DNA of 64,000 nucleotides. Origin: Candidatus Magasanikbacteria bacterium RIFOXYB2_FULL_38_10 (GTDB lineage: Bacteria > Patescibacteriota > Patescibacteriia > Magasanikbacterales > UBA10003). The stretch is taken from contig MFQT01000002.1 in assembly GCA_001783145.1 (NCBI GenBank), forward strand, positions 24,941 to 88,940, written 5' to 3'. A model generated the notes under the pieces. The model had not been told where the DNA came from and ran no database searches. It saw only the letters and a program-made list of their open reading frames with translations. Positions 59,583-64,000 of the stretch are shown here, one piece after another (within the stretch, counting starts at the first letter, position 1; the number at the start of each line of letters is the position of its first letter). The position numbers were made by a program, and so were the translations under genes.

Positions 59583-60695
59583 ATGAACATTGGCATCGAT
59601 GCCAGATTTTATTCTGAAGCAGGCGGCCTTGGCCGTTATGTAAAAGAGCTTATAAAAGAACTGGAAAAACAGGATTCCGGCAATTTTTATCATATTTTTC
59701 TCAATCAGGAAGGATTTAAAGAATATAATCCAATCAACCCCTATTTTAAAAAAATCTTAGCCGATGTTAAATGGTACACCTTGGCGGAACAGATAAAAAT
59801 GAAAAAAATAATTGCGGCGCAACCAATAGACTTGATGCATTTTCCTCATTGGAATATTCCTTTTTTCTACCGCCGCCCTTTTGTTATCACCATTCATGAT
59901 TTAATTCTTTTAAAATTTCCCTCCCGCCGGGCTTCTACTTTAGGACCTTTAAAATATTGGATTAAAAATCTTGCTTACCGTTTAATTTTAAAACACGCCA
60001 TACGATCTTCTAAAAAAATTTTTGCCCCTTCCAATTTTGTTAAAGAAGATATTTTAAATAATTTTAAAGTCCCGGCAAAAAAAATAATTATCACCCACGA
60101 GGGATTGACGGTTCTCCCCCCTCCTAATCCGGACACCGCCGCCGCAATTCTCCAAAAATTTTCTCTCCAAAAACCGTATTTTCTTTATGTCGGAGTAAGT
60201 TATCCTCATAAAAATTTGGAAAAATTAATTTTGGGTTTTAAAAAATTTCAAGAACAAGAAAAAAAATCTCAATTGGTTTTGGTCGGCAAAAAAAATTACT
60301 TTTATGAAAAATTAGAAAAATTCTCCGAGCAAAATAAGGTGCCTAATGTAATTTTTACGGATTTTGTAACTAATGATGAATTAGCCACTCTGTATCAAAA
60401 CGCTAAGGCCTATGTTTTTCCCAGTCTTTGTGAAGGTTTTGGCTTACCTCCCTTGGAAGCCATGTCGTTTAATCTGCCAATAGCTTCCTCCAACACCTCT
60501 TGTTTGCCGGAAATCTTAGGCAATGCCGCCTTATATTTTAACCCCGTCTCTTCTGCCGACATAACCGAAGCCTTAAAAAGGCTGACAACGGATGAAAAAC
60601 TACGCCAAAAATTAATCTCTGCCGGGCAAGAGAGAATCAAGTTCTTTTCCTGGCAAAATTGTGCACAACTTACCTTACAAGAATACTTAAAATAA
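59583..60695 (+). CDS. glycosyltransferase family 4
   Basis: MNIGIDARF...GGLGRY N-terminus; C-terminal GT1/GT4 fold motifs (FPSLCEGFGLPPLEAM). Confidence 0.75.
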   Translation: MNIGIDARFYSEAGGLGRYVKELIKELEKQDSGNFYHIFLNQEGFKEYNPINPYFKKILADVKWYTLAEQIKMKKIIAAQPIDLMHFPHWNIPFFYRRPFVITIHDLILLKFPSRRASTLGPLKYWIKNLAYRLILKHAIRSSKKIFAPSNFVKEDILNNFKVPAKKIIITHEGLTVLPPPNPDTAAAILQKFSLQKPYFLYVGVSYPHKNLEKLILGFKKFQEQEKKSQLVLVGKKNYFYEKLEKFSEQNKVPNVIFTDFVTNDELATLYQNAKAYVFPSLCEGFGLPPLEAMSFNLPIASSNTSCLPEILGNAALYFNPVSSADITEALKRLTTDEKLRQKLISAGQERIKFFSWQNCAQLTLQEYLK

Positions 60696-60734
60696 TGTAT
60701 AATAGTAGTATTAAGGAAACATTATTTTAAGCCC

Positions 60735-63152
60735 ATGCCGAGGAGAGAAAAAAACCCAGAAATCCAATCCCGGGATTTAGGTTTTACTCACAAATTCATT
60801 CCGATTTTTTTTAATCAAGAGGAAAAAAATTCCCCTTATGTTTTAGATTTGCCTCAAAAACTCACCCCCCCGTCTTCGGCACCTTGGCAGCCAACCCAAC
60901 TGGACAAAATTTTAAGCAATCCCTTAGCAGAAATTGATAAAATTAAAATTCCGGAAAAATTTTCCCCGACTCCCAAAATTAAATTGGATTTTAAACCTTT
61001 TGCAGAATCACGCTGGCAAAAAATTAAAGACGAATTATCTTTTTCTTGGCCTCATTTTTCTGCCCCGGCTCTTAAAATTCAGCCTAAAAAAGCAAAGCTC
61101 ATTTTGCCAATAGCCTCTTCACCAGTTAAATTAAAAAATTCAAAAACTTCTAAAAATTACAAAGCTTATTTTCCTTTAGTTTTACCTAACTGGCAAAAAG
61201 CCGCTTTAAGTTTTACAGCTATGGCTTTACTTTTTGTTTTGCCTGTTAAAGCCTTCTCCGCCTATTACCAACTTCGTGATTCCCAAGAAAACATTATTAC
61301 CGCCGGCACAGAGGCTTTTCAGGATTTAAAAGACGGGGAAACAGCCTTACAAAATGGAAATTTACCCGAGGCCGCTAGTAAGTTGCAAAGCGCTCTGGAT
61401 TCTTTTGCTTTGGCTCAAAACAAACTTAACGAAATCAATCCTGTTTGGAGAAGCTTGCTTTATTTAACCCCCAAAATTGGCAACAAATTAAAAAACGGTG
61501 AAGAGTTAATGCTGGCCGGAACCAATTTAACCATGGGTTCCCTGCCTATTCTTTATCTCTTAAACAATAAAAATAATTCACCAATTTCTTTGCAAAATAT
61601 TAAAGAAACTCTAGATAAAATTGCTCCGCGTTTTGCCAAAACTAAACAAAATTTAATGGCAATTGACCCTGATTTTTTGCCGGAAGAAAATCAAACAGCC
61701 TTTTTAAAAATCCGCGAAGCTATTTTTGCCCTTAACAACGATTTACAAAAAATTTCTTCACTCTCTAACAGTCTTTTGGCGGCGGCCGGCACAAATACAG
61801 AAAAAACTTATCTATTAATTTTCCAAAATAATAATGAAATTCGCCCTACCGGTGGTTTTATTGGCAGTTTTGCCGAGATTAAGATAAAAAATGGTCAAAT
61901 TGTTAAATTAGACATCCCCAGCCAAGGATCTTATGCTCTTCAAGGAAATCAAGTAGCCGAAGTCTTACCGCCTATCCCCTTACAACTGCTCCAACCTCGT
62001 TGGGAGTTTCGTGATGCTAATTGGTTTCCGGATTTTCCCACCTCGGCCAAAAAACTGATGTGGTTTTATGAAAAAAGCGGAGGCCCTACGGTTGACGGCG
62101 TAATTGCTTTAGACACCGTGCCTTTTATTGATCTTATTAAAATAATTGGAGCGATAGAAATGCCTAAATACAATTTAACTATCAATCCAAATAATGTTAT
62201 AGAAACTGTTCAACAACAGGTAGAAATGGATTATGATAAAGAAAAAAACGCGCCTAAAGAAATTTTAGGTGATTTAGCTCCTTTAATTTTAGAAAAACTT
62301 TTTAGCGATAAAAACAATCTCCTACCTCTGCTCTCTTCAATCAATAAAAATCTAGCCCAAAAACATATCCAATTTTATTTCACTAATCCGGTGCTGGAAA
62401 AAGAAATTCTGGCGCAAAATTGGGGCGGGGAAATTAAAACCGGCACAGGAGATTATCTAGCGGTTATTTCTGCCAACATCGGCGGAGATAAAAGCGACAA
62501 AGTTATAGAACAACAGGTTAATCACCAATCCCAAATTTTAGAAGATGGCAGTATTATAGATACGGTGACAATAACCAGGAAACATCCGGGTAGCGAGAGT
62601 TTCTTTTCTCAATCCAAAAATAATGACTATCTGCGTTTTTATGTCCCCGCCGGCAGTCAACTTTTGTCAGCGGAGGGTTTTAACTGGCCGGATGAATCCA
62701 CTTATCGCATTCCGGAAAAATGGTACAAACTAGACGAGGATTTACAAAAAATTGAACAAAACAAGACGGTTGATATTAAAACCGGTACCATTACCACCCA
62801 AGAATTTGGAAAAACTGTCTTTGCCAATTGGCTAGTAATTAAACCCCTGGAAACCGTGACGGCCAAAATTATTTATCTTTTACCCTTTAAAGTTAAGGTG
62901 CCCACAACGCAAAAGAACTTGGGTACGGTTTTGGCTAATTTTTTCAAACAAAATAAAAACTATTCATCATATTCTTTGTTGGTGCAAAAACAAGCAGGCA
63001 CAAATTTTGATGCTTTCTCTACCAAAATTGAATGGCCCAAAGAATGGAATATCCTTTGGACTAATCAGGAAGTTAGCACCGAAGGCAACCAAGCGGTTCT
63101 TTCAACCAATTTGATTGAAGACAATTTCTTGGGTTTAGTTTTTGAAAACTAA
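60735..63152 (+). CDS. DUF4012-domain membrane-anchored protein
   Basis: EIRPTGGFIGSFAE motif typical of DUF4012; TM anchor at about aa 150. Confidence 0.6.
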   Translation: MPRREKNPEIQSRDLGFTHKFIPIFFNQEEKNSPYVLDLPQKLTPPSSAPWQPTQLDKILSNPLAEIDKIKIPEKFSPTPKIKLDFKPFAESRWQKIKDELSFSWPHFSAPALKIQPKKAKLILPIASSPVKLKNSKTSKNYKAYFPLVLPNWQKAALSFTAMALLFVLPVKAFSAYYQLRDSQENIITAGTEAFQDLKDGETALQNGNLPEAASKLQSALDSFALAQNKLNEINPVWRSLLYLTPKIGNKLKNGEELMLAGTNLTMGSLPILYLLNNKNNSPISLQNIKETLDKIAPRFAKTKQNLMAIDPDFLPEENQTAFLKIREAIFALNNDLQKISSLSNSLLAAAGTNTEKTYLLIFQNNNEIRPTGGFIGSFAEIKIKNGQIVKLDIPSQGSYALQGNQVAEVLPPIPLQLLQPRWEFRDANWFPDFPTSAKKLMWFYEKSGGPTVDGVIALDTVPFIDLIKIIGAIEMPKYNLTINPNNVIETVQQQVEMDYDKEKNAPKEILGDLAPLILEKLFSDKNNLLPLLSSINKNLAQKHIQFYFTNPVLEKEILAQNWGGEIKTGTGDYLAVISANIGGDKSDKVIEQQVNHQSQILEDGSIIDTVTITRKHPGSESFFSQSKNNDYLRFYVPAGSQLLSAEGFNWPDESTYRIPEKWYKLDEDLQKIEQNKTVDIKTGTITTQEFGKTVFANWLVIKPLETVTAKIIYLLPFKVKVPTTQKNLGTVLANFFKQNKNYSSYSLLVQKQAGTNFDAFSTKIEWPKEWNILWTNQEVSTEGNQAVLSTNLIEDNFLGLVFEN

Positions 63153-63163
63153 ATTTTATTTTT

Positions 63164-64000
63164 ATGCCCAGAAAAATAAAAAAAACCGATCCCCTTTTGA
63201 ATCCGGATAATACAGAGCCGGAATTTTTTTCAGAAAAAGTAAGAGAGATAACCCAACCCAAACCCAGAATCAGAAAAAATGGAGATTTTACAAAACAAAT
63301 CGCCAGTATTTATGAAAATGCCTCGCCTCAAATGGTAGCTCTTAAGAAAAAAAACAAGGGAGGTAAATTTATATTTTTAACCATTCTGTTTTTAGCTTTT
63401 CTAACAGCTATTTCTTGGGCCGGCTTCTTTTTATTTGGACAAGGTCCTAATTTTTCCGAAGATAAAATAGCCATCTCCATAAAAAATGAAACCCCCCTCC
63501 AATTTGGCCAAGAAATTATTTACGATGTGGAAATAAACAACTCCAGCCGCGCACCTTTGAACGATGGTCTTTTGACGATGCGCTATCCTAATAATTTTAA
63601 ATTTATTTCCGCCGACCCTTCCCCCCACAACAATGACGACAAAGAATGGGATACCGGGACTTTGGCTCCGGGGAAAAAATTTTTAGTTAAAATAAAAGGC
63701 CTAATTTATGATTCAACCACAGCAGAAATTAGCTGGCAAGCTCTTTTAAATTACAAACCGGGTGATTTAAGCGCGGAATTTCAAAAAATAAATATTTTAA
63801 AACAAAAAATAGAACCTTTCGCTGTTGATTTAAAATTAACAGCCCCTCCTACCGCTGAAACAGGGACTTCTTTGCCTTTTACAATTTCCCTAGAGAATAA
63901 GAGTGAAAAAACCTTGGAAAACCTGCAAATATCCTTGATTCTTCCTTCGGGATTTAGAAACTTAACCGTCCCTAACAATACTTGGTTAATCAACAAATTC
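63164..64000 (+). CDS. membrane-anchored DUF11 (conserved repeat domain) surface protein, 5' portion (runs off window)
   Basis: ATG at 63164. Open frame to the window end by manual translation. TM anchor FIFLTILFLAFLTAISWAGFFLF. DUF11-like repeat WDTGTLAPGKKFLVKIKG. Confidence 0.6.
   Translation, partial: MPRKIKKTDPLLNPDNTEPEFFSEKVREITQPKPRIRKNGDFTKQIASIYENASPQMVALKKKNKGGKFIFLTILFLAFLTAISWAGFFLFGQGPNFSEDKIAISIKNETPLQFGQEIIYDVEINNSSRAPLNDGLLTMRYPNNFKFISADPSPHNNDDKEWDTGTLAPGKKFLVKIKGLIYDSTTAEISWQALLNYKPGDLSAEFQKINILKQKIEPFAVDLKLTAPPTAETGTSLPFTISLENKSEKTLENLQISLILPSGFRNLTVPNNTWLINKF

Overview
This 64 kb window looks like a low-GC (about 35-38%) streamlined bacterial genome, CPR/Patescibacteria-like. 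The standard genetic code applies: TGA/TAA/TAG act as stops and release factor 2 is present. Most genes are short housekeeping genes on the minus strand: rsmA, tsaC, prfB, groESL with a perfect CIRCE operator, yidC, nusA, yraN, argS, tyrS, valS, uvrA, rplS, rluD-cmk, cca, secG and rnj. Five RNA genes are absent from the ORF track: tRNA-Leu(GAG), tRNA-Val(UAC), an Ile-type tRNA with a genomically encoded UAU anticodon, tRNA-Leu(CAG), and an RNase P RNA (rnpB, type A) on the minus strand that explains a GC-rich ORF-free stretch. The first 8 kb holds no ORF-track entries larger than 130 aa. It is occupied by one giant minus-strand ORF (more than 2678 codons) that runs off the window edge, encoding a signal-peptide-bearing, cysteine-rich surface protein with a CBM-like jelly-roll segment. 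A calcium-binding TSP3-repeat membrane protein lies immediately upstream, and a DsbA-like oxidoreductase plus a second Cys-rich secreted protein lie elsewhere in the window. The most unusual coding feature is a fusion of an O-antigen-ligase-like (Wzy_C) polytopic membrane domain to a radical SAM/SPASM domain. It sits next to a nucleotidyltransferase-fold protein, wedged between groESL and yidC-nusA. Four discrete GC-rich patches (45-60% GC) carry their own strong Shine-Dalgarno sites, promoters and terminators. They include a GspE/PilB-like ATPase with a degenerate Walker A (K to R) and His box, and a 56-aa ORF with about 80% GC3 expressed from a near-consensus divergent promoter built on a palindrome. 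The 3' end of the window is a cell-surface glycan cluster: priming sugar transferase, two GT4 enzymes, DUF4012, DUF2079 and a DUF11-repeat protein. Coordinates of features I mapped by hand may be off by 1-2 nt. Several ORF-track starts are non-ATG (TTG), and where an internal ATG with better context exists I moved the start.
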